A stretch of 64,000 nucleotides of DNA, taken from the NCBI RefSeq assembly GCF_964355755.1, contig NC_092675.1:26136912-26200911 (forward strand), written 5' to 3'. The position numbers and the translations under genes are program-made. The DNA is from Antedon mediterranea. Taxonomy: Eukaryota > Animalia > Echinodermata. The notes under the pieces were generated by a model. That model ran no database searches. It was not told the DNA's origin and was given only the letters and a program-made list of their open reading frames with translations. Positions 12,201 to 23,302 of this stretch are shown in pieces (the stretch's first letter is position 1; each line of letters opens with the position of its first letter).

Positions 12201-15200
12201 ATTGTTTGGGCTATCAATAAACTTAAGTATTATCTGTATGGTTGTGAATTTCAAGTTCATACTGACCACCAGGCATAGAGATGGATGGACTCAATGAAGG
12301 GTGCCAATGTTAGACTTATGAGATGGGCTCTGTTTTTACAAGGATATAAATTTAAAGTTATTTACAAGAAAGGATCATTAAATGGAAATGCAGATGGATT
12401 AAGCCGTGCATAAATAATGTTATAGAGGTGTTATTAGTAGATAGTTTAAAGTAAAATGGTTTTAAATGTTAAATTTTTGGAAAGATTGACACAATCTTTT
12501 TCCCAAAAAGGGGAATGTCATATTAAATGTTGTGATTCTGTGTTTAGAGAAGGATGCTTTAGACCAGGTCCGCCTTATTATTAGCCAATCAAAATCGTAT
12601 AATTTTTGGAGGGAAAATGTTATCCTCCTCTGAAGCCTAAAATTTGCATATCCAGTATAAAAGTAGAATGTAATAGATATTAGAGGAGAAGAGAGAATAA
12701 GATCAGAGTAGATTAAAGAAAAGAGAGAATAAGATCAGAGTAGATAAACGGAAAGATGATAAAGAGAATATTAAGGCTTGACTGGTAGTGGTAGAAAGAT
12801 GTATTAATCGAATTTCAAGGAATAAATGTTCTAGTTGAGTTAAATATACTGTTTGTATGAGTTATCATTCAGTGACAGTGTACGTCGCGTGGAGTTATAT
12901 ATACGCCTGAGAAAGCTCGGAACCAACTAAAATAAATTCACTACAATAACTATGAAATTATTTATACACAATAATAATTAGTAAAATTATAAAATTCACT
13001 GCCATCAAATATGATGTGTTATAATTTATATAGATTAAAAAAAAAAATTGAACACGCAAGTTACATTTGTTTAAATTTGAAATTACCTGCCATCAATATG
13101 ATGGAGTATGATTATAGATTTTTAAAAATGTGAACATGTCAGCTACATTTGGAAATTACCTGCCATCAATATGATGGATTATGATTATAGATTTTAAAAA
13201 GAATTTGAACACGTAAGCTACATTTGAAAATTACCTGCCATCAATATGATCGATTATGATTATAGATTTAAACAAGAATTTGAACACGTCAGCTTCATTT
13301 GGAAATTTGGAAATTACCTGCCATCAATATGATGGATTATGATTGTGTAGGTTTGAAAGAAAATGTGAACACGTAAACTACATTTGGAATGAACATGTTA
13401 AGGGCATCAGTTTTGATCATTCATGCAAAGGTTTCCGTCATCTTTAGCGTTGTTACAGCAGCATAAAGCTGTACATGGTAGTTTTGACTTCTTGCACCTA
13501 CATCTATATGGTTATGCATCGTGTCTTGCATCCACAATAAATCATCTCTATCGAAGCAGTAGGAATAGCTTCATTTTTCAGAAGCACTGGTTGAAGTTTA
13601 CCATTAGATAGCTCCCAACCAAAATCTGTTGGTGATGGCAAATGCTGGATTGGCGATACAGCTTTTTTCCATACGAGTGCTTGGAAGTGTGCTCTTTGTA
13701 TATGCTGGTGTACTGCATCAAGAAAGTATCTATAAAAGACATTTTTCAAGCCTTGTCCGAGGGTTCTGCAAAAGCACTGATTCCATTCCACACTATTAGT
13801 GGATGCGATACTACCTCATATCCAGGGAAGAGTTAAATTACATTAATACATACATACAGTAATTTAACTCTTCCCTGCTCATATCTAAGTGGTCACTCAA
13901 AGGCATCGGCATGGGAAGTATTAAAAAAAATTATGAACTAATTAAAGACCTGGGAGAAAACCTATCAATGACCAAGTTATTATGGAATCGGAAAGATTCA
14001 TTTGCTACGTTTACGGTGTTGGTCAAGTTAAAAGTACCAATGAAGTTAGGCTTTTAAAAATCAAAACCAGAGGCATTACCTCCAACAAGCGATGCAGTGC
14101 ACCAACATATAAAAAGAACACACTTCCAAGCACTCGTATGGAAAAAAGCTGTATCGCCAATCCAGCATTTGCCATCACCAACAGATTTTGGTTGGGAGCT
14201 ATCGATCTAATGGTAAACTTCAACCAGTGCTTCTGAAAAATGAAGCTATTCCTACTGCTTCGTTAGAGATGATTTATTGTGGATGCAAGACACGATGCAT
14301 AACCAATAGATGTAGGTGCAAGAAGTCAAAACTACCATGTACAGCTTTATGCCGCTGTAACAACGCTAAAGATGACGGAAACCTTTGCATGAATGATCTT
14401 AACTGATGCCCTTAACATGTTCATTCCAAATGTAGCTTACGTGTTCACATTTTTTAAAAATCTATAATCATACTCCATCATATTGATGGCAGGTAATTTC
14501 AAATTTCAACAAATGTAACTTGCGTGTTCAAATTTTTTTTTTAATCTATATAAATCATAACACATCTTATTTGATGGCAGTGAATTTTATAATTTTACTA
14601 ATTATTATTGTGTATAAATAATTTGATAGTTATGCAATTATATTTTATTCAGTATACAGTAGGCCTATGCTGTAGTTTAAAGGTCAATAACCATACTATC
14701 GGCCATTCTTGTACAAAATGTGCCATTAGACTGGATAGAAACACACATGTTTTAAACGATTTAAAAAAAAAAAAATTCATAAGACCACAATTTTCAAAGT
14801 TATATTATTATTATATTTGACTAATAGTTCAAAGGTCAATAGTTGTAGAATCGACCATTTTTTGTAAAAACATTTCATTATAATAAATATGAATGTATAG
14901 TTTCTGAACAATTTGAGCCCTATTTCGTGTCTCTCCGATTATTGGTTACTGAGATACGATAAATCAAGGTCAAAGGTCAAAATGTCAGAAATAAGACTTG
15001 CATCCATTTTTGGAGAAAATGTGTCATTAACGTGAATATAAAAACATATATTTAAAACATTTTGACACCAAAATTCATTATCTGTGACTAGTGGTTCTCG
15101 AGATATAGGGTAATTATAAAAAATGGCCACCATTTTTAATTATGCAAATTAAGGGCTTAGATGGCCGAATTTTGCTTGGGATCCACCATATTCGTAGGTC

Positions 15201-18200
15201 GAAATATCCTAAATCAAGTGGATCCCAGCTTCTACCCAAAAATGCTTCTTACACCATATTTCAGAGGAAATAGAACTTGTCTATTACTCTTGTTATATAA
15301 CACCCTTATACAACCTCATCTTCTTTATTGCAACATTATTTGGGCAGCCGACTACCCATCAAATTTAGAAAAACTTAATAAACAAATTAAACGTGCTGCC
15401 CGTATTATTACTTTCTCTCACTATCTCGCCCCTTCCCAACCTTTACTTAAAAAACTCAATATACATGATCTATTTACAACACAAATTGCTTCCTTTATTT
15501 TTCAATTCTTTAATACCAAACTCCCTGTGACAATGTCTAATCTATTAAGTCATCATACAAAATCACACAAGTACTATTTACGTATCGACAATAAATGTCA
15601 GTATCTTGATGTACCTCCTTTAAGACTGAACATTTCCGAATATTTTGTTTCTGTTTCAAGACCGCGAATCTGGAATGATCTTGATGATAAACTAAAGCAT
15701 TTTAAATCTCTTTATACTTTTCGTAAAAATTTTAAAAAATATCTTATTTCTTTATACTAATTTTAATATTATTATGATTGTAGTACACTGAAAGTATCTA
15801 TTTTTATTTCATCGTTTTTGTTTTTATTTATTATTTTATGTAGTAAATTGTATTAGTTTAAATGTATGTGTATTGTTTCTGGGGTCTTTCTCGAGACAAG
15901 AAACTTGTTTTCTTCTAGAGAAGACCCCAAATGATGGCTTATTACTATGTTTTCATATGTACACACCTATAATTATATTATACTGTATAATGCCATTGCT
16001 GAATAAATAAATGTTTTTTTAACTTGAACTTGAACTTGAACATGATATGATAGTTAAAATACCGTGTAAACTGTACAAAATGAACAGCATAAACCATCTA
16101 TTTTACAATACAGGACTATTGACAATGTTTAAAAAACTTCCCAAAAAGTTCAGATAAGGTAGCATAGTATACAGTGTACCATGGAGGAAATATATACAGA
16201 TATATATCTGTATATTTCCTCCATTGTATATTGAAGCCTCCTGAATTATCACAGAAATACTATACTTTACGCAATGTTATGTTTTTTTTAATTGCTACAG
16301 AATTTAATTGTAACAAGTATACTTATGTTTACATTTCAACAGTACTTAATAATGTGCCATTTTCTATATCCTATAATAATGATGATGAAATGAAATGATT
16401 TAAATCATATTAACTTTTACACTTTTATAATAGCCCACAGGGCACAGAATAGTTTATACCATCTTTATACATGAATAACAAAATAATGATTAAAATTTAA
16501 AAAAAAACATGTATTATTTTTTGAATAAACATTTCTTAAACAGTTCTATTTATTTTAAATTGGTAAAGAAATTTTCTGGAAATTTTCCATTTGGCTGGAC
16601 CTGCCCTGTATAAGGACCCTACACCTAGCCTTTGAAACCTGGATTTGTTGTCATAGTGGAGTTTGGTAAACTCATGAAGGTTGCTGATATTCTGGTTCTC
16701 AATTCATATCCACTGTACAGGTGTTTAATGCTGTATTGTCTAGAAGGTGTCAGGCTGGATGGAATCAAAGCCAATTAATTATCTATTGCCCTATAACAGC
16801 CTTTCCTCAAGGTTTAAATAACAACCACTTGTTGGGAAATTGCTATTCATTAAATCATTGCATTAATAACTAGAAAGCCACTCCGAGAGTGCATACCTCC
16901 GCCTACTGTAACATTCTCCTACATAAGATTTCTCCGGGGAAAAAATATATATATTTGTGTGTGTGTGTTAATGCTGTTTGTGATTTAGGCTGGCTGATTT
17001 CACTACAAGCATGTGTATGCGAGTTTGGCGTAAAGGTATGGCACGCCAGGACGGACAAAACCATTTCAAATGCCAATCCCTAGCTGTTGAGTTTACAAAT
17101 CCCTACTAGTCGAGATCGACTAGACACATACCTATCGGTCGAGTTTACCACACAGCACTAGTAGTTAATGACAAATTATACACATCACTAATGGTCGAGA
17201 TTTACACATCGCGTTACCGGTCGCGCTACTATAGGTAGACTTTCCAGAACGGAAAGGGCTGTAGTATTTGTAGTCGTGGAAGTATGAGTTGCATCGCATA
17301 AGGTGCCGGATTGTTAGAAAACTTACTTGTAAAAATGTTGTGTTAGGATGGAAATCGATGATGGAAAATAAGGAAAATTGTCTTCAACTTAATGTGATCG
17401 TGTTAACAGAGAGGATGCTTGATCAAAGAGGTCGAAAATGTTTCAATTAAATAATTGTTTCATGGAATTAATTTTAATGTATTCTTTGTGAGCTAATTTT
17501 TAGTCACGTGGACGCGACTCTATAGTTCACTATGTCGGTCGGTCTGTCGGTCTGTCTGTCGGTCCGGTATCACTATGCGTTTTATCGCTTTTCTGTACTT
17601 TTTGAACTGTTTTGATGTACATTAGTCGCGTGGGTGGACGCGACTCTATAGTTCACTATGTCGGTCGGTGTCACACAGCCGCAATTACGGCTCTTTCGGA
17701 CATGTAATATCTGGTAACCACCGGTAAACAACGGTAAATAGCCACAACTGTACACATATAAATGTAAAAAGTAAATCTACTAATAATCTTTGACAAACAA
17801 TTCTTCCTCTTATAATCCAAACCCTCCAAAAAAAAAAACCACAAAAAAAAAAACCCAAGCAATTCTCAAACAATGATACAGTATCCCTATTCCCACACAA
17901 TTTATACACTTTCCCAAATTCCCAATCCTTCCAGACAAAATATCGACAATCTTCTTATTGTCAAATAAATCCCAGAAACCCCCCTTCCAAATACAATAAT
18001 ATCACAAGATGAATAATACAATACTAAATGTCCACAATATCGTTCCTTCTTGCCTTTTCTCCTACGCTGACACAAAAACAAATTCGAAAGATAAAAGTTA
18101 AAACGATTCTGCAACTAAACAACTCCTCTGCTCCCGTTCTGCTTGTATTCCCAATTATACTTCTTCTCAACCTGCAACTATCTTCTGACATATAAATAAA

Positions 18201-20052
18201 TGAAATAATATAAAGTTAAAATGTTTCTTGATGTCCTTCTGCACTGCAATCCGCTCCCCGATCAATTATTTCTTTCTCCTTTTCCACGTACCATAATATC
18301 AGTATCAATAAAGTCAGTCTTCGATACTTTCAACAATTCTTTAAAAGCAATTAATTCTGCTATTTCCAACAGTTATTATTCGATTTATTAACTTCATGTA
18401 TCTCACTTTATTTCATTTCTGCTCCAGCTCTAGATCACCATAATTATTTCCAACTCACAATTTATTAACTTCATGTATATCACCTTATTTCATTTCTGCT
18501 TCAGCTCTATATCACCATAATTATTTCCAACTCACAATTTACTAACTTCATGTATATCACCTTATTTCCTTTCCGCTTCAGCTCTATATCACCATAATTC
18601 TTTCCAACCCACAATTTATTAACTTCATATATATCACTTTACTTCCTTTCTGCTTCAACATAACATAACCCTCCTTCTCTGTCTCCTCTCAATTTTCATC
18701 TCCCTCTCAACATTCCCTCAATTGCACACATACCACAACCTTATCCTTCTCAACCAATCAGCAACTCACACACCAAGTCAACTCTTACACCTCTCCCCCA
18801 ATCAGCAACCTCCACACACTCCTTCTCTGCACACAAACCTTCTGCTCCACTGGCTTAAACAATAGTTTCCTAAAACAAAAGAAAGGTTCAAATAATGAAA
18901 ACAAAAGGAAAAGTAAGCATGACTTGCAAAATAAATACAAAACTTATGTCACTTGTGACAGTCGGTCTGTCGGTCCGGTATCACTATGCGTTTTATCGCT
19001 TTTCTGTACTTTTTTAACTGTTTTGATGTACAGAAAAGTTTTAAAGTACATTAATTTTTGAAAGTTCATTTTTTTTCTGAGAGCACGCGACTTATGACTG
19101 TTGGCCTTGTTCAGATTAAAAGCCATTAGGCATGATCTATCTTGTTTTTTTTTTTAAAGTAAACAAAGACTTCAGAAGAAAGAGAGTAAACCTGATGCTG
19201 CAGCAAATGATCCACAAGTCTACTATAACACTGCAAGTAACAATTACAATCATTTTGTACCAGGGTATTTTTTTCTTCTTATTCATTTCTAATATTTGAT
19301 TTAATCATAATAATATTATCAGAAAAGTTTAATGACCTGAAAACTCGGCAATTTATTTCTGGCTGTTTTAATTTATTGTTTTAATTTAGCTTTTCCCATT
19401 ATGTGTATCTCCATTGGGATCCAGCGACTGATACCAACAGTATTGTAAATATTCCGATTGATGTGTAATTGTTATATTCAACAAAAACCTAAGTTAAGAG
19501 CTCGGAAACCAAACAAAATTCCTACTTGTTTCCCCATCTTTGTACATTTATTTTCGGTCATTGTGGAAGTATCAATATATCGATTTTTCTGAAGAGCAAT
19601 AATATCAATCAATTAAATAATAGGTTATGTACAGAACATCATCAAAAGTTATGGAAAAGGGAAACCTTTAGTCTGTAGAGCTTAGCAAACAAACATTCAG
19701 ACGATAACTTGAAAATTGTAGAAGTTATTGTGCGAACAAATACACATATATAATCCTAAAAACAGTTATAACAGCTATTTCAATTTCAATAACTACCCAA
19801 GAGCAAGGCCGATAGCATTTTATGTCAAAATAAATGTGAAGATGAAAGACAGCCGGCCAAAGATTTCAAGTTAATGAGGTTTACATCTTTGATGATAATA
19901 CTTTTTTCAATACATTTCTTAATTCAAGAAAAAATCAAGACAGAGTTTATGAAGTTACTGATGATGATTATGCTACGGTAACTGGTGGTCCTTGTTACAG
20001 TAACACAGCACAGACACCAGAAGTGAGAGAAGACCAACCAATAAGAAAGTAG
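1..20052 (+). CDS. Gene A (5'-partial, multi-exon): Tie-like type I membrane protein, [FN3]-Ig-FN3-Ig-Ig-FN3-Ig-FN3(TGA)-TM-short Tyr-motif tail, no kinase domain
   Basis: Exons <1-206, 883-1161, 1302-1607, 1903-2181, 2775-3053, 3935-4240, 4562-4840, 5064-5372, 5745-5841, 19160-19264, 19929-20052 join in frame via GT-AG introns. There is an in-frame TGA at 5369-5371, so it may be a pseudogene or encode a secreted form. Confidence 0.8.
883..1161 (+). CDS. Gene A exon: Ig-like domain
   Basis: 279 bp phase 1-1 exon, TASCSV...STYKCVI; AG/GTAAGT boundaries. Confidence 0.85.
1302..1607 (+). CDS. Gene A exon: FN3 domain
   Basis: 306 bp phase 1-1 exon; GDGP and VRPGEGGEG motifs as in Tie FN3-1. Confidence 0.85.
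1903..2181 (+). CDS. Gene A exon: Ig-like domain
   Basis: 279 bp phase 1-1 exon with canonical splice sites. Confidence 0.85.
2775..3053 (+). CDS. Gene A exon: Ig-like domain
   Basis: 279 bp phase 1-1 exon; follows another Ig exon with no FN3 exon between them. Confidence 0.85.
3935..4240 (+). CDS. Gene A exon: FN3 domain
   Basis: 306 bp phase 1-1 exon. Confidence 0.85.
4562..4840 (+). CDS. Gene A exon: Ig-like domain
   Basis: 279 bp phase 1-1 exon. Confidence 0.85.
5064..5372 (+). CDS. Gene A exon: membrane-proximal FN3 domain ending in a premature TGA
   Basis: 309 bp; ...ACA CTT TGT TGA A|GTAAGT, whereas the paralog at 37852-37858 reads TGT GGG A|GTAAGT. Confidence 0.8.
5745..5841 (+). 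CDS. Gene A exon: transmembrane segment
   Basis: KCTNRSNASSIIGGAVAGGFCAGVITFIIIPI; AG at 5743-44, GTAAGT at 5842; near-identical copy at 38240-38336. Confidence 0.8.
6636..8279 (+). CDS. gag: Retrotransposon Gag (SCAN-like capsid, CCHC knuckle) + aspartic protease
   Basis: CFNCKEKGHKIGDC zinc knuckle; LIDSGCTQS protease motif; YDTLKKAILEKY...ETYRFKFR capsid segment. Confidence 0.9.
   Translation: MTTLRSGKNIDKTMSDKDTREDMVDQEEVDQVNEIYDKMARDIDLPEIPGGMPKDMMLEYFRMKFEAENKKLEYQQDQLRLEADIEQKKADIELRKIESQERVKMMELENRSSYSNARNIVDEMKVKVPTLKESDDIDIYFRTFEHLAETTGWDKNTWSARLAPELSGKAMTAYASLTVKECVDYDTLKKAILEKYDVSAETYRFKFRNSNRVKDMSIREWLNELSHYLKCWMKCANVKEDDAAGIIEMIIMEQALDKMPEDLRLYLRDKQVNKSYDMAMIADDYIANRGGLGYWNAVNSENKPTYYKGQENSKHKNSTTQNNPGARQQGYNRYRGRGGKFHNYGRNFQQREPSNEWINGLCFNCKEKGHKIGDCPKMVAKGKTSDTKKGPNVKDGLRCEGLKSDRPQVVIDSVENKMEKCTIPGKLEGQDITMLIDSGCTQSAVKESLVPNKCYLPGKWVTLRGIGGDITVPLAEVAIESKIVTGKVIVAVIEGLQRDMLLGHDLDQNCGETMAKEMFVLTREQARMENDVRIQDEMILLGKDSNF
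8280..9656 (+). pseudogene. pol: Retrotransposon integrase (HHCC, DDE, GPY/F), interrupted by a Helitron
   Basis: HNVPFAGH...CKVCKEC, IDIVGP, HDQG, VERFH, WQGPF; same frame as gag after a single TAG. Confidence 0.9.
9657..10818 (-). mobile_element. Non-autonomous Helitron (1162 bp)
   Basis: On the minus strand it reads 5'-TC...CTAG-3', inserted in an A|T site with no TSD. It has a terminal hairpin CTAGATGGTACGC/GCGTACCATCTAG at 9657-9693. Removing it restores the integrase frame (NYEI|YIGGRRKEKQILHVNML). Confidence 0.9.
10819..12413 (+). pseudogene. pol: Integrase C-terminus + reverse transcriptase + RNase H, with two frameshifts
   Basis: HVNMLK, LDLTKGFYQ, LPFG, YIDD, TDASNYG, ADGLSRA*; frame breaks near 11940 and 12185. 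Confidence 0.9.
12516..12945 (+). repeat. 3' LTR of the Gmr1-like element (about 430 bp)
   Basis: Starts TGTCA directly after the PPT and ends CTACA where Academ-homologous sequence begins; contains CCAAT, TATAAAA and AATAAA. Confidence 0.75.
13000..13390. repeat. Tandem repeat of about 73-83 bp (about 5 copies) in the left Academ arm
   Basis: AATTACCTGCCATCAATATGAT recurs at 13081, 13154, 13229 and 13312. Confidence 0.85.
13823..13877. mobile_element. 55-bp micro-MITE or excision footprint (P/hAT-type)
   Basis: Perfect 19-bp TIR CAGGGAAGAGTTAAATTAC and 8-bp TSD CTCATATC; removing it restores the Academ reading frame. Confidence 0.85.
15284..16040 (+). mobile_element. 3' fragment of an L2/CR1-group LINE
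   Basis: LYNTLIQPHLLYCNIIW...RIWNDL...FRKNFKKYL post-RT segment; AATAAA at about 16002; (ACTTGA)n tail at 16021-16040. Confidence 0.8.
17669..18960. mobile_element. Probable solo LTR (1292 bp)
   Basis: TGTCACA...TGTGACA termini flanked by GTCGG direct repeats; no coding content. Confidence 0.65.
18383..18655. repeat. 77-bp tandem repeat (about 3.5 copies)
   Basis: ATTTAYTAACTTCAT recurs at 18383, 18460, 18537 and 18614. Confidence 0.85.
19160..19264 (+). CDS. Gene A cytoplasmic exon 1
   Basis: Poly-T AAAG acceptor. It joins the TM exon in phase 2 to give C-KQRLQKKESKPDAAANDPQVYYNTASNNYNHFVPG (basic stop-transfer plus Tyr motifs). Confidence 0.65.
19929..20052 (+). CDS. Gene A terminal cytoplasmic exon
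   Basis: Phase-2 join gives KNQDRVYEVTDDDYATVTGGPCYSNTAQTPEVREDQPIRK*; AATAAA downstream near 20319 and 20391. Confidence 0.65.
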
Positions 20053-20701
20053 AGACTTTACCAAAAGAGGAATTCTTTGATACATTTTTAGAATGATTAT
20101 CTTATCTCCATTGAGAGATTATTATCATTATCATATTTTTAAAATATATAAAAAATTAGGCCTATATTATGTTGATTTTGTGATTATTATTTTATAGTAT
20201 TATAAACGTAGTATAAGGTTTGGAGAAAAAGGCCAACAATCCCACATTTCTATTCTAAAAGAACCGTTGTTATTAGCCTACAATTCAGACATTGGGTATT
20301 TTAATACAATTTGTAGTTAATAAAAAAAAAATGTATTAGGCCTACTTACTGGATTATATCGGTACTAACTTCAATTTCGATTTTCAGAAAAATAAACATT
20401 CGATAGCAACTGAGCTGTATTTAAAATAGATTTCTCTAGTCTGGTTTAACTCATATCTTTATATTATTCATCGGTGATGAACTTATAATTAATTAGTTGC
20501 ATTGTAAATAATTAGGCCTGGCTTCTAAAGCTAGAATTCTAGACAACTACAAAATAACCTATTCGAAGTCTGATTTAATTAATCTTCGTTTTTCAGGCTT
20601 TTGGGGGACAATACATCTTTAATAGTTAGAACTATGGTTTTAATTTGTCTAGAAAATGAAAAACAAAATTCTGAGTCAGTAGTGTTAAGATGCTTTCATT
20701 C

Positions 20702-21780
20702 GGGTGTCACGAAACCTAAGACTACGAAAGCTAAGACCCCCTAAGACCTAAGATCACGAAAGCAAGACCCAAGACCTAAGATTACAAATATTTATCTTTC
20801 GCACCTGCCTTGTATTTTAACTCCCAACATTTATTCTGAATACCACACCTTAGAATTGGCACTTTCATGAAAAAGAATCACATAAAAAGTAACAAATACA
20901 TTTTTAAATTGATGATTTTACAGACGTTTTCTCGCACACAAAATGACTAGCCTACAGCACACAAGAAGTAGGCCTACCCCTCATGTTCAATGTTTTTGTT
21001 TCTATGGAACGTCAAAAGAGCAAAAATTATATAGAGGGCTGAAAACTCTGTGGAGTCCATCTACAGTGTGGATGGAACAATGTAAAATTAAAATTGTAAT
21101 GATAATAGTATAATCATGCAAGTACGAAGAAATAAATACTGGCAAATCAATTTTAACTTAAAAATTATGATAAGTTTTTTTGTTTCGTTTTCTTTCTGTT
21201 TTTATACTTGTACTATTATTGTTGCTCTTTTGGCGCTCCATAGAAACAAAAACATTGAGCATGGGGAGCTCGAGGAGTTACATTACAGTATACAAAGAAA
21301 CACGTCTGTAAAATCAGGATGGGAAAGGATTTATTTATTTGTTATTATGTGTTTCTCCTTCTGAAAGTACTTATAAGTCCTAATTTTAAAGTGTGGTATT
21401 CAGGATAAAGTTAGTCAACAAATTTGGAGTCAAAATACAAGAAAGGCAGGTGCGTAAGAAAAACATCCTCTGAACCAACACATTGGAGTAAATATATACC
21501 AACAAACAACCCGTCAAGTTTGTTTGTTGTAAAGAAAAAATATACATTTACTCAACGGGCGAAAATAATGTGAGTTTATCTATGTTTTGCGGTAGTATTA
21601 AATTATATTTATGGTAATAAATGAAACCTACTGTGTTTAAAATTATGTATGGATAAACAAGTATTGTTTTTAAGCTGTAGTATATCTTAGAATTTGTAAT
21701 CTTAGGTCTTGGGTCTTAACTTTCGTGATCTTAGGTCTTAGGGGGTCTTAGCTTTCGTGGTCTTAGGTTTCGTGACACCC
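20702..21780. mobile_element. MULE/foldback-like non-autonomous DNA transposon
   Basis: Long TIRs starting GGGTGTCACGAAACCTAAGAC; 10-bp TSD GCTTTCATTC (or 8 bp if the termini are C...G). Confidence 0.8.
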
Positions 21781-21894
21781 GCTTTCATTCACATATAGGG
21801 CCTGGATTCATTATAAGTGAAAGGTCCTGTTCTAAGAAATAGATGATAACCAGAACTTAATTCCCAGACAACAACAAGTCCATCATTGCTTTAA

Positions 21895-23302
21895 AGTGGA
21901 GCTACACTCAGACTTTCTCAGCTTATATTATGTTTAAGTATGTTTAATTGAAAGTGATTACATAAAAAAAACAGGGAAAATACGGAAATATTTTCCAAAA
22001 ACTCATTTCTAAAAAATCGGTCAGAAAATAGTGTTTTTTAATACATTACACTTTTTCAGTAACTTAGGGGTTATTAGTTTACAATACGTCGCGAAACGCG
22101 TTACACTTAGCAACTGACGCGTTTTAGTCGCCGGTGAACGCATGGGTGAAATGTCTCCCCTTTGGTAAATTATGTGTCGAAAAATGGGGAATAAATTTTA
22201 TACGATTTGTTTAGGCCTAGGCCTAAGTAATATTTCCGATAAAAATGTCAGTATAATCAGGGAGCAACTCCCTGGTATAATTTACATGTATTGTAACCTC
22301 ATGATTTGCACTGTACAACAACAGCATAATAATCTTATCAGATTGTTTATTAACTTTAAGCTAGGCCTAGCTAAACTAAGCCGTCTGCTCAGCCTAGCTA
22401 GCCTTGAATTTTTTGTCTAGGCCTATATGCATTCATGGGTTTGAAAATTCTTGGTCGTTTCGCCCCATTTATCATTCCTGGGTTTTCTCGCACATTAGAA
22501 TTGTGAAACACAAAATCCTATACAGAACAAGAGTAGTAAAGCGATGTGGAAGCTTAGGCCTGACTGAAAAGCAACTATTCAGGCACCCTATCATGGCCCA
22601 TATGGGTAGGCCGAGGTTGGGTGACAGCAGAACAAACTTCACTGCTGAGTGTCAGCCTAGCAGCTGGAGCCCAAGCAGCATCGGTACATACCTACACTCT
22701 AGTAGGCCTAGGCCTAGCTTTATTGAATATATAGCCACATCTTTCTCAAATATCGTTAGATTTGACATTTTAGTATTAAGTCTCATAATCACATTATTAC
22801 ACTGTGAAACATGATAGGGTCACATTCAGAATGTTTTAATATACTTTTTGCCCGTCAAAAATAACATCGCGACAAAAATAACAGATCGCCAGCTGCAGTA
22901 GTGTGATTGTGAAAAATGTCACGTGATCATACTCCCTAGCAAAATAAAAAACCCAATTGGACCCGAACGGGGGAAAGTGTCTATTTACGCAAAATTGCGC
23001 AATGTATACGCGATAACTATACCAGAAATAGAAAGATCTGGAAAAATTACATAAAACTAAATTTAAAATTTTTTTTTTAGTGAAGAAATTAATTTTTTAG
23101 GATTATTCAAATATACCCCCCTTTTGCATGTAAAAGAATAGGAAATTACAAGGTATCCCCCCAAAACGCAAAAAGGCGTGATTTTCAAGAAACTCGTACT
23201 CATTGAAAAAAAATTCAAAAAAATATGAAGTATGGGGGATGATATTTTTAAATAATAGTTGAAATGTATGAAAAATAGTAATTTTCTGGGTGGAGCTCCA
23301 CT
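21895..23302 (+). mobile_element. Kolobok-like non-autonomous DNA transposon, copy 1
   Basis: TTAA TSD, AG...CT termini, about 18-bp imperfect TIR AGTGGAGCT; near-identical inverted copy at 51282-52690. Confidence 0.8.

Larger units (their letters stand above)
6310..12945 (+). mobile_element. Gmr1-like Ty3/Gypsy LTR retrotransposon (gag-PR-INT-RT-RH), 5' LTR missing, degenerate
   Basis: Domain order read from the ORFs; PPT AAAAAGGGGAA at 12505-12515, then a TG...CA LTR. Homology to the paralogous host intron (about 38790) breaks at about 6309. Confidence 0.9.
12946..15283 (+). mobile_element. Rearranged Academ (AcademX-type) DNA transposon remnant with an inverted duplication
   Basis: XPG-like FHTISGCDTTSYLSG, LPPTSDAVHQH...AHFQALVW, and Cys8 finger CGCKTRCITNRCRCKKSKLPCTALCRC. 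It ends ...CTTGTCTA (TAG terminus on the minus strand). Arms 12946-13719 (-) and 14091-14633 (+) are inverted copies. Confidence 0.7.
17496..19110 (+). mobile_element. Helentron-associated (HINE/DINE-1-like) non-autonomous element, split by a solo LTR
   Basis: T-rich start, subterminal IR AGTCRCGTG/CACGCGACT, (GTCG/GTCT)n microsatellite, duplicated 5' segment. Confidence 0.6.

Noticed and set aside
15161-15760. 199-aa ORF as a host gene
   Set aside because: It is a chance fusion of Academ terminal sequence (to 15283) with a LINE ORF2 C-terminal fragment.
22404-22814. 136-aa ORF conserved in two copies (also 51769-52179)
   Set aside because: It lies in two recent copies of one non-autonomous transposon, starts at TTG and has no recognisable domain; conservation reflects copy age.
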